From Celerinatantimonas yamalensis (GTDB taxonomy: Bacteria > Pseudomonadota > Gammaproteobacteria > Enterobacterales > Celerinatantimonadaceae), in contig NZ_JBEQCT010000002.1 in assembly GCF_046054155.1 (NCBI RefSeq), positions 255,323-279,322 on the forward strand: a stretch of 24,000 bases of DNA, given 5' to 3'. The notes beneath the pieces were generated by a model. That model ran no database searches. It saw only the letters and a list, made by a program, of their open reading frames with translations, and had not been told where the DNA came from. The translations under genes were made by a program, and so were the position numbers. Below, piece by piece: positions 7,364-15,594 of this stretch; position 1 is the first letter of the stretch; the number at the start of each line of letters is the position of its first letter.

Positions 7364-8338
7364 TCACAGCCAGTTGGTTAACATAACCCCAACACCTAAT
7401 GTTTGAGTACTTTGATTATAATCGATGAGTGATTCGCCATAGCCATTAAAATATTGGACATAACCACGCAATTTACCCCATAACGGGAAACTAAACCCCA
7501 GCTGCAGAGCGCCTTTATTTTGTTGACGAAAATTATTGCGTAGCAGCATATCAACACTGTAGTCGTGCCAAACATGGACCCAGTTGAATTCGCCATAACC
7601 ATAATATTTTTCAATATGCTGATTATCATCATTTTGCCGACTTTCAGGGAATCGATACCAAGGTTTGATGCTAAACACATCATGGGTTGATTCAAACACC
7701 AGTTCACCATACAACCGGTTCCAAGAACGAGAAGCCGGTCGAGAGCGGCCATTAGACTGATGATCCAACCCAATTCGCCAAAGAGATAGACGCCAAGCTG
7801 GTGAGGCAGACTCTGGCAGTTCAAACTGCATAAAGACCTCCGGCTCATAATTACTCTCACGAAACGGAGAAGATATTTCAGAGTTATAGGCCTGCCAAAA
7901 GGATTGTTGCGTATAGGCTGCCCACAAGCTGCTTCCTTTTCCAGCAAAATCAAAAGCGATTGGAAATTTAAAGCTTATTTGAAACTTCACTTCAGTTTCA
8001 TTCAGCCGATTATTAGGATCCTCTGAATCAATATAATTGGCTTGATCAGGGTGCGGCGTATATTTGACAGGCAAGATATAATTGGGCCGATACGGCGTGA
8101 TCACAAACGGCTCATTTTGCTGTTTTTTCTCACGCTCAAGGCGTTGCTGGACTAAGCCGCCCCCCTTTTGGGCCCGTTGTGTAATCGATGTTGGGCCTGA
8201 AGGTTCAATTGAAGGCTTCGCCGAGCTTATTGGTTTCGATGTTGTGCTATCTCCCGATTGGCTTTGTGGCTCGGTGGCTTCCACATGGATGGAAAACACC
8301 AATAAACCACAAATCAAATAGTGCCAATAACTCGACAT
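7364..8338 (-). CDS. pldA: Outer-membrane phospholipase A1 (OMPLA)
   Basis: 324-aa ORF with a signal peptide (LICGLLVFSIHVEA). It has the YRPNYILP motif, and the catalytic block LDHQSNGRSRPASRSWNRLY matches E. coli HESNGRSDPTSRSWNRLY. Confidence 0.85.
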   Translation of the reverse strand: MSSYWHYLICGLLVFSIHVEATEPQSQSGDSTTSKPISSAKPSIEPSGPTSITQRAQKGGGLVQQRLEREKKQQNEPFVITPYRPNYILPVKYTPHPDQANYIDSEDPNNRLNETEVKFQISFKFPIAFDFAGKGSSLWAAYTQQSFWQAYNSEISSPFRESNYEPEVFMQFELPESASPAWRLSLWRIGLDHQSNGRSRPASRSWNRLYGELVFESTHDVFSIKPWYRFPESRQNDDNQHIEKYYGYGEFNWVHVWHDYSVDMLLRNNFRQQNKGALQLGFSFPLWGKLRGYVQYFNGYGESLIDYNQSTQTLGVGVMLTNWL

Positions 8339-8403
8339 TGATGTCCCTCTTCATGCTGATGTTATACCATGATAATTCGTTTATTATGGTTAGTATTATC
8401 CGT

Positions 8404-8874
8404 ATGTCGAATCAATTACTATATATTTCTGATGGTTGTCCCATTGTAGGGCCGTTATCAATCGGCTTACCACAGGCAGATAATGTGTTGTATCTTGCCA
8501 CTGAGATGCCAACATTACCCGCTGCGAATAGTCACTACGAGTGGATCACAGCATTTATCGACGAAAATGGTAATCATTGGCGCAAAATCTTGGTGATCTT
8601 AGCCAAACTCACCGCGCCAGATGACAACTGGAGAGACTACTTATACCAGCAGCTCCTTTACCAACAGCGGATCGTATTGAGCACACAACTTGTCCCTTCA
8701 GCAAAACGTCACCTGATCGCAGGCAAGTCAAATTGGGCACGTTTTAACTGGCATGATAACATCGGACTCCCCAATCGGGTATGGCATCAGAATCAACTAC
8801 TATTACCCTACCCTGATTATCGTCAATTCCCTAACTGGCTCATCGCTCAAGTACGTACTGAACTTTATGGATGA
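8404..8874 (+). CDS. Hypothetical protein (about 156 aa); start uncertain
   Basis: The listed ORF 8188..8874 overlaps the pldA 5' end, so the true start must be downstream. Candidate ATGs are at 8341, 8353, 8359, 8386 and 8404, and none has a good Shine-Dalgarno sequence. I recognise no family. Confidence 0.45.
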   Translation: MSNQLLYISDGCPIVGPLSIGLPQADNVLYLATEMPTLPAANSHYEWITAFIDENGNHWRKILVILAKLTAPDDNWRDYLYQQLLYQQRIVLSTQLVPSAKRHLIAGKSNWARFNWHDNIGLPNRVWHQNQLLLPYPDYRQFPNWLIAQVRTELYG

Positions 8875-8958
8875 ACTCGAATATTGTTTTTTCATCCCTT
8901 CCTGCCACATTTTTTGGCATAATCTTCCCACATGCATAGCTAAATGAGGAGCCACTCG

Positions 8959-9579
8959 ATGTATAGTGGAATTATCGACGGTCATTACCCAGTCTGTGAG
9001 ATCAACAACCAACCGGGGTTATTGTCATTTGATGTATTGTTTCCTGAATCCTTGCTCGGTGGACTTCAACTGGGAGCGAGCGTTGCAATCGATGGTGTCT
9101 GTCAAACGGTAAGCCGAATACAAGGCCAACAGATAGGCTTTGATGCAATGCAAGAAACATTAGATAAAACAACGCTTGGTCAACTCAGCCTCGGAGAAAC
9201 TGTTAATGTCGAGCGATCGTTACGTCATGGCGATGAAAACGGAGGACATGAGTTATCTGGACATATCGATGGGCAGTTAACCATTATAAATGTTGAACAT
9301 CGGCCAAATAACCACATTATCACCTTAGAAGTACCGAGTACCTTTCGTCGTTACGTTTTTAACAAAGGCTTTTTAGCTGTGCATGGTGCCAGTTTAACCG
9401 TCAGTGATTGGGATATCGCAACGGGCCAGTTTAATATTTATCTTATTCCTGAAACGTTGCGATTGACAAATTTAGGCCAATTTAAGCAAGGAGACTCACT
9501 GAATTTTGAGGTCGAACGGCGAACCCAAGTGATTGTGGATACCGTTGAGCGATATTTAAGAGAACATCTCTATGCTTAA
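8959..9579 (+). CDS. Riboflavin synthase alpha-chain paralogue (two lumazine-binding repeats), stand-alone
   Basis: From MYSGIIDG the protein is colinear with E. coli RibC/RibE: GASVAIDGVCQTV versus GASVAHNGCCLTV, VNVER, GGHELSGHI versus GGHLMSGHI, LIPETL, VDTVERYL. GAGGAG lies 7 nt upstream of the 8959 ATG, so I prefer it to 8944. Confidence 0.8.
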   Translation: MYSGIIDGHYPVCEINNQPGLLSFDVLFPESLLGGLQLGASVAIDGVCQTVSRIQGQQIGFDAMQETLDKTTLGQLSLGETVNVERSLRHGDENGGHELSGHIDGQLTIINVEHRPNNHIITLEVPSTFRRYVFNKGFLAVHGASLTVSDWDIATGQFNIYLIPETLRLTNLGQFKQGDSLNFEVERRTQVIVDTVERYLREHLYA

Positions 9580-9606
9580 TTTGCTGATGCGGGGAAGTCG
9601 ATTCGC

Positions 9607-10107
9607 TTAGTCGTTCTGCGGAGATGGTAATTCCAATTCAATATTGGCTATCATCTGTTCTGGTACTGTGGTTGGCGCAAAACGGTGCACGCGTTGGCGA
9701 TCGCGAGAAACTAAGAATTTAGTAAAATTCCATTTAATTCGCTGGGTTCCCATAACACCCGGTGCGGCTTCTTTTAACCATTCAAACAACGGATGAGCGT
9801 GAGCGCCATTCACTTCAGTTTTGCTAAACAAATCAAAACTAACCTGATAGGTCGTTGTACAAAACTGTTGAATTTGCGCATTACCAGCTGGCTCTTGACC
9901 CGCAAATTGGTTGCAGGGAAAGCCTAAAATGTGAAAGCCTTGCGTTTGATAGCGTTGATACAACGCCTCAAGTTGCTGATATTGACTGGTAAAACCACAT
10001 TCACTGGCGGTGTTAACTATCACTAACACATCATCATCATAAGACGCTAACGAAAATGGTTGATGAGAGATCGTTTCCAAGATTAGCTCGGATGGAAATG
10101 TTTGCAT
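9607..10107 (-). CDS. Glutathione peroxidase family protein (Cys-type, BtuE-like)
   Basis: Motifs VNTASECGFT, LGFPCNQF and KWNFTKFLV are present. I prefer the start at 10107 (MQTFPSE), which has AAGGCGGAG upstream, over 10140. Confidence 0.85.
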   Translation of the reverse strand: MQTFPSELILETISHQPFSLASYDDDVLVIVNTASECGFTSQYQQLEALYQRYQTQGFHILGFPCNQFAGQEPAGNAQIQQFCTTTYQVSFDLFSKTEVNGAHAHPLFEWLKEAAPGVMGTQRIKWNFTKFLVSRDRQRVHRFAPTTVPEQMIANIELELPSPQND

Positions 10108-10691
10108 GCTCGCTCCGCCTTTGTTGTATGTAGCAATCACTCATGGGCCATGGTAGAATTGTCACAGTTGTTACTCAATTTTGCCTATCTCAGCATCTAT
10201 TTTTTAATCTCAAACTATACCACAAGAAAAGATCCATCTCTTCTGCGCTTTTTTAGTGATCTTACTTTTGTTTTAGCACACAATATAGTGATTACGATAA
10301 TCTAATATCGTGAAAATTAAAAAATTTAGTATGTTAACAAATAATCGGTTAAGAATTATTCATTTCTGCCGATAGTATTGTTGAGAGACAAGGAGTAGTG
10401 GTTTTAGTCGACGTTTAGATAAGTTAAGACATTATATAATCAGCACGTTGGTATCATCATCAACGGTTAAAATGCATAATGTTTTGAACATCAAAAATTT
10501 ATCAAGTCACTGTCAAAACCAAGCACAATAGGCTAGCATGAATCTTGCATCCTATTGGTAAGCATCATGGAAGGGTTAACATAGCTGTGACATCGATTCA
10601 TGTGTGGGTGAGTCCATAGGCGTTCCCCCATTCCCATCCATGACAGGTCGATGAGATGTTTCACCAAAGCCCGACCAATAGAGGCATTGAC

Positions 10692-11402
10692 ATGAAAGTT
10701 GTTGATTTTTTAAAGAAAAAGAAAGAAACTTTAGCTCAGCATCAGTTTGATTTTATTGATCTAAAAGATCGCATTCCACCTGTATTATTGGATCATTGGG
10801 CCGAATTTATCAACCGAGCCAATAGTATTCAGATCATCAATTGGGCTAGAGAGCATCAACTTCTATCAGCGGATGAAAACGGCCAAAATAACCGTCAGGT
10901 CAAAACGGTTGAAACCACGCCTATTGTTTTGCCGCCACAAGCCCAAACATTACTGGCAAAGCTATCTGCTCAGCTTGGCGAAGAGATCCATGTAGGCGAG
11001 TGGTTTACAGTTGATCAAGAGCGAATCAATCAGTTTGCCAATGTGACTGAAGATCAACAATGGATCCATACTGATCCAGTACGGGCCCAGCAAGAATCGC
11101 CTTTTAAAAGTACCATTGCTCATGGTTTTTTAACCTTGTCTTTGCTACCCATGCTCACCGATAGTATCGATGCATCACAATCGCCCTATCCAGGAGTGCG
11201 AATGACCGTTAATTACGGTTTAAACGAAGTTCGTTTTTTATATCCAGTCAAAGCTGGAAGTCGCGTACGAGCGAGCACCAAACTTAGATCGGTAATCCCC
11301 ATCAAACGCGGATTAGAAGTGGTCAAAGAGATCCGAGTGCAAATTGAAGGCACTCGTCGCCCAGCTTGCATTGCACAAACAGTGATTCGTCTATATTTTT
11401 AA
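10692..11402 (+). CDS. MaoC-like (R)-hydratase hot-dog domain protein with an N-terminal extension of about 85 aa
   Basis: The C-terminal half carries a MaoC/NodN-like pattern (FTVDQERINQFANVTEDQQWIHTDP...TIAHGFLTLSLLP). I prefer the start at 10692 (MKVVDF), which has AGAGG 8 nt upstream. I do not recognise the N-terminal region. Confidence 0.75.
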   Translation: MKVVDFLKKKKETLAQHQFDFIDLKDRIPPVLLDHWAEFINRANSIQIINWAREHQLLSADENGQNNRQVKTVETTPIVLPPQAQTLLAKLSAQLGEEIHVGEWFTVDQERINQFANVTEDQQWIHTDPVRAQQESPFKSTIAHGFLTLSLLPMLTDSIDASQSPYPGVRMTVNYGLNEVRFLYPVKAGSRVRASTKLRSVIPIKRGLEVVKEIRVQIEGTRRPACIAQTVIRLYF

Positions 11403-11437
11403 GTAACTTTGAGTTCTATTTATCAGCTAGGAAACAA

Positions 11438-11455
11438 AGCGCTCTTTTGAGCGCT
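11438..11455 (-). terminator. Intrinsic terminator for the TetR-HAD operon
   Basis: AGCGCTC-TTTT-GAGCGCT forms a 7-bp stem. On the minus strand it is followed by TTGTTTCC. On the plus strand no T-tract follows. Confidence 0.5.
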
Positions 11456-11527
11456 CACAGTATCTAGACGATTACCAGCCTCGAATAAAAAATCACATAA
11501 CACTCATTTTGGTCGTTCCCGTGGCGG

Positions 11528-12241
11528 TTATCCATGGTCAATACCCAGCCATGGTGGCAACTGCGATAATTGCTGAATTTGATAGGTCATCGGCTCAGAG
11601 CTTGCCTGTGATTTCGGGTTAAACCAGACTTGATCGATGCCGACCCCCCGAGCCCCAGCTATATCGGCTTCTAAGCTGTCCCCTACCATTAAACATTCAG
11701 AGGCGGTTGCGCCGACAACCACCATCGCATGCTCAAAAATATCAGGATTTGGTTTATGCATTCCCAACTCATCTGAGATAAAAACCCGATCGAAATAGCT
11801 ATTAAGATTTGCTGAACGCAGCTTATTATACTGAGTTTCACTAAAACCGTTGGTGATCAAATGTAACTGAAAGTGCCCATGGAGCTGAGCCAAACATTGA
11901 TGGCACCCAGGAAAGACACCTGACATCTGAGAGCAATGTTCGAGAAACCACTCGTCAAATTGTTGACTACTGAGCGAAAATTGAGCCGGATCAACCCCTA
12001 GAGCGGTAAAAGTTTGATCAAATCGCTTTGCTCGCAGCTGATGTTTGTCAATCTCACCTTGATTAAAGCGTATCCAAAGCTGCTGATTCACTGCTTCATA
12101 CACATCAATAAACCGTTGTTCAGAAAATTGACTCATCGACAAAAATTGTTGATAGAGCTGCCGTAGTACATGCCGAGCATTATTTTCAAAGTCCCAAAGA
12201 GTATGGTCTAAATCAAAAAAGATGTGTCGATAACTTATCAT
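11528..12241 (-). CDS. HAD-IA hydrolase, YjjG-like pyrimidine 5'-nucleotidase family
   Basis: Motif I FFDLDHTLWDF, ITNGF, HKPNPDIF and MVGDSLEADIAGA are present. Overall colinear with E. coli YjjG as I recall it. The ATGA start/stop overlaps the upstream TetR gene. Confidence 0.75.
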   Translation of the reverse strand: MISYRHIFFDLDHTLWDFENNARHVLRQLYQQFLSMSQFSEQRFIDVYEAVNQQLWIRFNQGEIDKHQLRAKRFDQTFTALGVDPAQFSLSSQQFDEWFLEHCSQMSGVFPGCHQCLAQLHGHFQLHLITNGFSETQYNKLRSANLNSYFDRVFISDELGMHKPNPDIFEHAMVVVGATASECLMVGDSLEADIAGARGVGIDQVWFNPKSQASSEPMTYQIQQLSQLPPWLGIDHG

Positions 12242-12816
12242 TGAGGTTCTCGTATTAGTTGGATCTGTAGATCAACGCAGGCATATAACGACTTTTCATC
12301 AGCCATAAAACTCGGTAGGCTACGCAAACCAAATATATTGACTAACAGCACCCAGGCAGCCTCTGCGGGCATCACACCTTGGCGTAAAAGTCCTTGCGTT
12401 TGTGCTAATTGCAATTGCTGTTCAATGCGCACTAGCAGCTGCTGCCATGGCTCGGATAGGGTCTCTCGAATATCTTCATCGACTGCACTAAAATCAGCCA
12501 CTGTACGACTTAACAAACAATGCGACTGACTCAAACACAACTTTGCCACTAATTGGCGCAAATATTGGTGGATCCCTTCTAATGGATCACCGCTTTCAAA
12601 GCATACTTGGCTCTGTTGCCAGCGGCTTTCAATAAATTGAGTCAAAGCAGCCAATAGAACGCCACGTTTATTTTTAAAAGCACAATATAAACTTCCAGGA
12701 TGCAATCCCGTTGCCAACTTAAGGTCTTGCATCGTAGTATTGGCATATCCTTTTTGACAAAACACATCCATCGCGGCTTCTAGTACTTGCTGACGATCAA
12801 ATTCTGCAGTTCTCAT
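12238..12816 (-). CDS. TetR/AcrR-family transcriptional regulator (6 Cys)
   Basis: The N-terminal HTH reads VLEAAMDVFCQKGYANTTMQDLKLATGLHPGSLYCAFKNK. 192 aa. Divergent from the OYE reductase gene. Confidence 0.85.
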   Translation of the reverse strand: MRTAEFDRQQVLEAAMDVFCQKGYANTTMQDLKLATGLHPGSLYCAFKNKRGVLLAALTQFIESRWQQSQVCFESGDPLEGIHQYLRQLVAKLCLSQSHCLLSRTVADFSAVDEDIRETLSEPWQQLLVRIEQQLQLAQTQGLLRQGVMPAEAAWVLLVNIFGLRSLPSFMADEKSLYACVDLQIQLIREPQ

Positions 12817-12920
12817 AATCCATATTCAGTTAGGTTAGCCGTCAAAGTGTAACGAATCGTAAGACAAATAACTATCCTCTCCAACCGACTTGCTCAGATG
12901 TCCAATATAACTTAATCTTG

Positions 12921-12943
12921 AACGATTATTCAAAATAATCGTT
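12921..12943. promoter_or_regulatory. Perfect 23-bp palindrome, candidate TetR operator
   Basis: AACGATTATT-CAA-AATAATCGTT: 10-bp perfect arms with a 3-nt spacer. It lies in the 250-nt divergent region between the TetR and OYE genes. Confidence 0.5.
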
Positions 12944-13066
12944 AGTACGCTCATTTTGGTATCGGTCTGGTTCAGCTGATAATACTTGGATAGTGAATCA
13001 TGCTCGCTCGTTTTTCAGCTGTACCGATGAAAACAGATACAAATTGGTTTTTGCCATGGAGACACT

Positions 13067-14119
13067 ATGTCACTCGATAAACTACTTAGTCATTATTCAC
13101 TTAACGGCTCACTTACGCTTGCTAATCACGTTGTAATGGCACCACTAACACGCTGTTTTGCTGATGAACAACTCGTTCCAACTGCCGAAATGGTCGCCTA
13201 CTACGCTCGCCGAGCTAACGTTGGACTGATCATTACCGAGGCCACTATCATCAGAAAAGATGGTCAAGGCTATCCGAATACCCCTGGAATCTTCAGCGAT
13301 GCGCAAATCCAAGGCTGGCAGCATGTGACCCATGCCGTGCATCAACATCATGGCTTGATTTTCTCTCAGCTTTGGCATACAGGTCGAGTCGCTCATCCGG
13401 CTTTTTTTGACCCGCAAGGCCAAGTTGTTGCCCCATCAGCTATCGCTGCACATGGCAGCGTTCCAAGACGCCGCGAGTTGACTTATCAAACACCTCATGC
13501 GCTGAACGAAGATGAAATAGCCATATTAGTGAATGATTATGCTCAAGCGGCTAAAAATGCACGCCAAGCAGGGTTTGATGGTGTTGAAATTCACGCGGCT
13601 AATGGTTATTTGATTGATCAATTCCTGCACTATGATAGCAATCGCCGTGATGACAATTATGGGGGCGATGCGAAACGAATGGTTCGTTTTGCCTTAGAAG
13701 TCGTCGATGCAATTAGTACTGCGATAGGCGCTGACCGCGTTGGCATTCGACTATCTCCCCTAGGATATGTCAATAGTATTACCCCAGACAGCCGTGATCG
13801 GGACGTCTTTGACACCCTGCTGGAAGCACTCAATCACAGAGAACTTGCTTATGTTCATGCAGGCTTGTTTGATCATGCCACCAGCTCGGCTATCTTCGAT
13901 GGGAATATTAGTCACTATCTACGTTCACATAGCCAGCATACTTATATTGCCGTAGGTGGTTTTACGCCAAGCTCTGCCGAACAAGGTCTAGTCGATGAGC
14001 ACTTTGATTTGGTTGCGATAGGGCGACCATTAATTGCTAATCCCGATTATATTGATCGTTTACGTGCCGATGAAGCGCTCATCGATTATCATGAACAGAT
14101 GCTCACTTCATTAGATTAA
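13067..14119 (+). CDS. Old Yellow Enzyme family NADH:flavin oxidoreductase / alkene reductase (NemA-like)
   Basis: Motifs VMAPLTR, ITEAT, QLWHTGR, GFDGVEIHAANGYLIDQF and NYGG are present. A GGAG lies 6 nt upstream of the ATG. Confidence 0.85.
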   Translation: MSLDKLLSHYSLNGSLTLANHVVMAPLTRCFADEQLVPTAEMVAYYARRANVGLIITEATIIRKDGQGYPNTPGIFSDAQIQGWQHVTHAVHQHHGLIFSQLWHTGRVAHPAFFDPQGQVVAPSAIAAHGSVPRRRELTYQTPHALNEDEIAILVNDYAQAAKNARQAGFDGVEIHAANGYLIDQFLHYDSNRRDDNYGGDAKRMVRFALEVVDAISTAIGADRVGIRLSPLGYVNSITPDSRDRDVFDTLLEALNHRELAYVHAGLFDHATSSAIFDGNISHYLRSHSQHTYIAVGGFTPSSAEQGLVDEHFDLVAIGRPLIANPDYIDRLRADEALIDYHEQMLTSLD

Positions 14120-14215
14120 CGCACTCACGCGCAATACTTTCAGGCATTGAGCTCTGGTTAAATTGTATGAAATTGAGTTTTATTTATTGAGCTTAACTTG
14201 AGAGCAGAAAAAACA

Positions 14216-14235
14216 GGGCCTAGCATGCTAGGCCC
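14216..14235 (-). terminator. Strong hairpin with its T-tract on the minus strand only
   Basis: GGGCCTAGCATGCTAGGCCC is a perfect 20-nt palindrome. The minus strand continues TGTTTTTTCTGC. The plus strand continues GCGGCGGCTG with no T-tract. It sits between two plus-strand genes. Confidence 0.55.
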
Positions 14236-14306
14236 GCGGCGGCTGATGCCCACAGCAACACTATAGATTATGGTTCAGATCTCAAACACGCTAGAGGAAG
14301 AACGCT

Positions 14307-15098
14307 ATGCCATCACACCCGTGGCAACACCGTTATACTCGAAACGGCCCTGACTATCGTTTTGATAGTAATGTAAGCTTTATCGATATCAAACAGCAGT
14401 TTGGTTTTTCAACTATTCGCTTGGGTCGCTGGGTCAGTATCTTCGAGCAGCAACTGGCGGCTAATCTGATTTTTGATGCACTAGCCGATTTAAGCTTTAT
14501 CTTAAATGTACCGCCATCTACTTTAGGGCTTCGTCAAAGTTTACATTTAGCCTTTGGCTGTGATGGTTCTGTTGATGCCAAAGCTCACTACCAACCCAAT
14601 AAACGCACCTTAGCGCTTGCCAAAAATGCTGGAGGCGGCGCTTTAGCTCATGAATTTTGGCATGCATTTGACCACTATATTACCCAACATCTCTACCCTC
14701 ATGCCCGAGAAGCGCTAGCAAGCCATGCTTGGCTTCATCACCATCAATACGCAAGCCACCCGTTGAATGAACGATTAGTTACATTGTTTAATCACGCCAT
14801 GCTCGGCGAAGATGCAACCCAACCCTCGCGTTACCTACAACAGGCGATAGCCCTCGATAAACACCATCAAAGTCATTACTACAGTCAGCCCACTGAACTG
14901 ATGGCGCGAGCCTTTGAAGCCTTTGTACAAGACAGCGAGATCACCAATGATTTTTTAGTTTCTGGCTCGCACCAATCACTGCTTGCGAAAGCTGGGGGCT
15001 ATCCACAAGGTGACTGTCGTAAGCAGCTTAACCAGAATTTTTATCAGTACTTTACAGCGCTCGGCCAAGCGCTACAGGCGCAAAAATCAATTAAGTAA
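14307..15098 (+). CDS. Hypothetical HExxH-motif protein (putative Zn metallopeptidase-like domain)
   Basis: 263-aa ORF. GAGGAAG lies 6 nt upstream of the ATG. It contains GGGALAHEFWHAFDHY. No signal peptide or TM segment is evident. It is reminiscent of LPD1/CLCA_X-type domains, but that is only a recollection. Confidence 0.6.
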   Translation: MPSHPWQHRYTRNGPDYRFDSNVSFIDIKQQFGFSTIRLGRWVSIFEQQLAANLIFDALADLSFILNVPPSTLGLRQSLHLAFGCDGSVDAKAHYQPNKRTLALAKNAGGGALAHEFWHAFDHYITQHLYPHAREALASHAWLHHHQYASHPLNERLVTLFNHAMLGEDATQPSRYLQQAIALDKHHQSHYYSQPTELMARAFEAFVQDSEITNDFLVSGSHQSLLAKAGGYPQGDCRKQLNQNFYQYFTALGQALQAQKSIK

Positions 15099-15102
15099 CC
15101 AC

Positions 15103-15594
15103 TTAACAAACGGGTGAAAGTAACGCCGGTTGCGTTAATAACGATTTACATAACCGGTCATAAAGCACCACATTCACTGTCGCCGCTAAATTCATGCATC
15201 CTTGAGTGGGGATATATACCACATCCTCACACCAGTCGAGCAAGGTACGATCGATTGATCCGTCCTCTGGACCAAAGATATAAAAAGCCTTATCAGGATG
15301 CTGATAATTTATCAGCGGTTTAGCTTGACGAGACAGCTCAACGGCCACCGGGCGAGCCCCTTTGGGCAACACCTGCCGCAGATCGTCAACACCTAATGTG
15401 GGGATCCGTTGATGCATCTTTTTTGTATCGGTCACATACCGACTAGCCCGATAGTAACGAGTACCCGTATAAAAAATTGACGAAGCCCCATAACACCCAG
15501 CGGCCCTTAAAATTGAACCAACATTTTCGGGTGACTTGGGGTTGACAAGGCCGATGCTCGTAAACGATGCGGCAACCACACCTTTATTATCCAT
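15103..15594 (-). CDS. SpoU/TrmH-family RNA 2'-O-methyltransferase (short form)
   Basis: Motifs NPKSPENVGSILRAAGCYG, FGPEDGS and IPTQGCMNLAATVNVVLYD are present. The start overlaps the upstream gene by 8 nt. Confidence 0.75.
   Translation of the reverse strand: MDNKGVVAASFTSIGLVNPKSPENVGSILRAAGCYGASSIFYTGTRYYRASRYVTDTKKMHQRIPTLGVDDLRQVLPKGARPVAVELSRQAKPLINYQHPDKAFYIFGPEDGSIDRTLLDWCEDVVYIPTQGCMNLAATVNVVLYDRLCKSLLTQPALLSPVC

Noticed and set aside
7396-8340. ORFs 7396..7953 (-), 8082..8321 (+) and the 5' part of 8188..8874 (+)
   Set aside because: All overlap the well-supported pldA frame. Their translations are compositionally odd (Cys- or Ile-rich) and show no family signal. Only the part of 8188..8874 downstream of pldA is kept as a gene.
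8875-8958. Possible FMN riboswitch upstream of the riboflavin synthase paralogue
   Set aside because: The gap is only about 85 nt and contains a plausible -10 box and a Shine-Dalgarno sequence. It is too short for, and lacks, the conserved FMN-element helices.
10102-10305. 67-aa plus-strand ORF in the gpx-maoC intergenic region
   Set aside because: It starts inside the gpx 5' end on the opposite strand and has no Shine-Dalgarno sequence. The hydrophobic, AT-driven composition is typical of a spurious ORF in AT-rich DNA.
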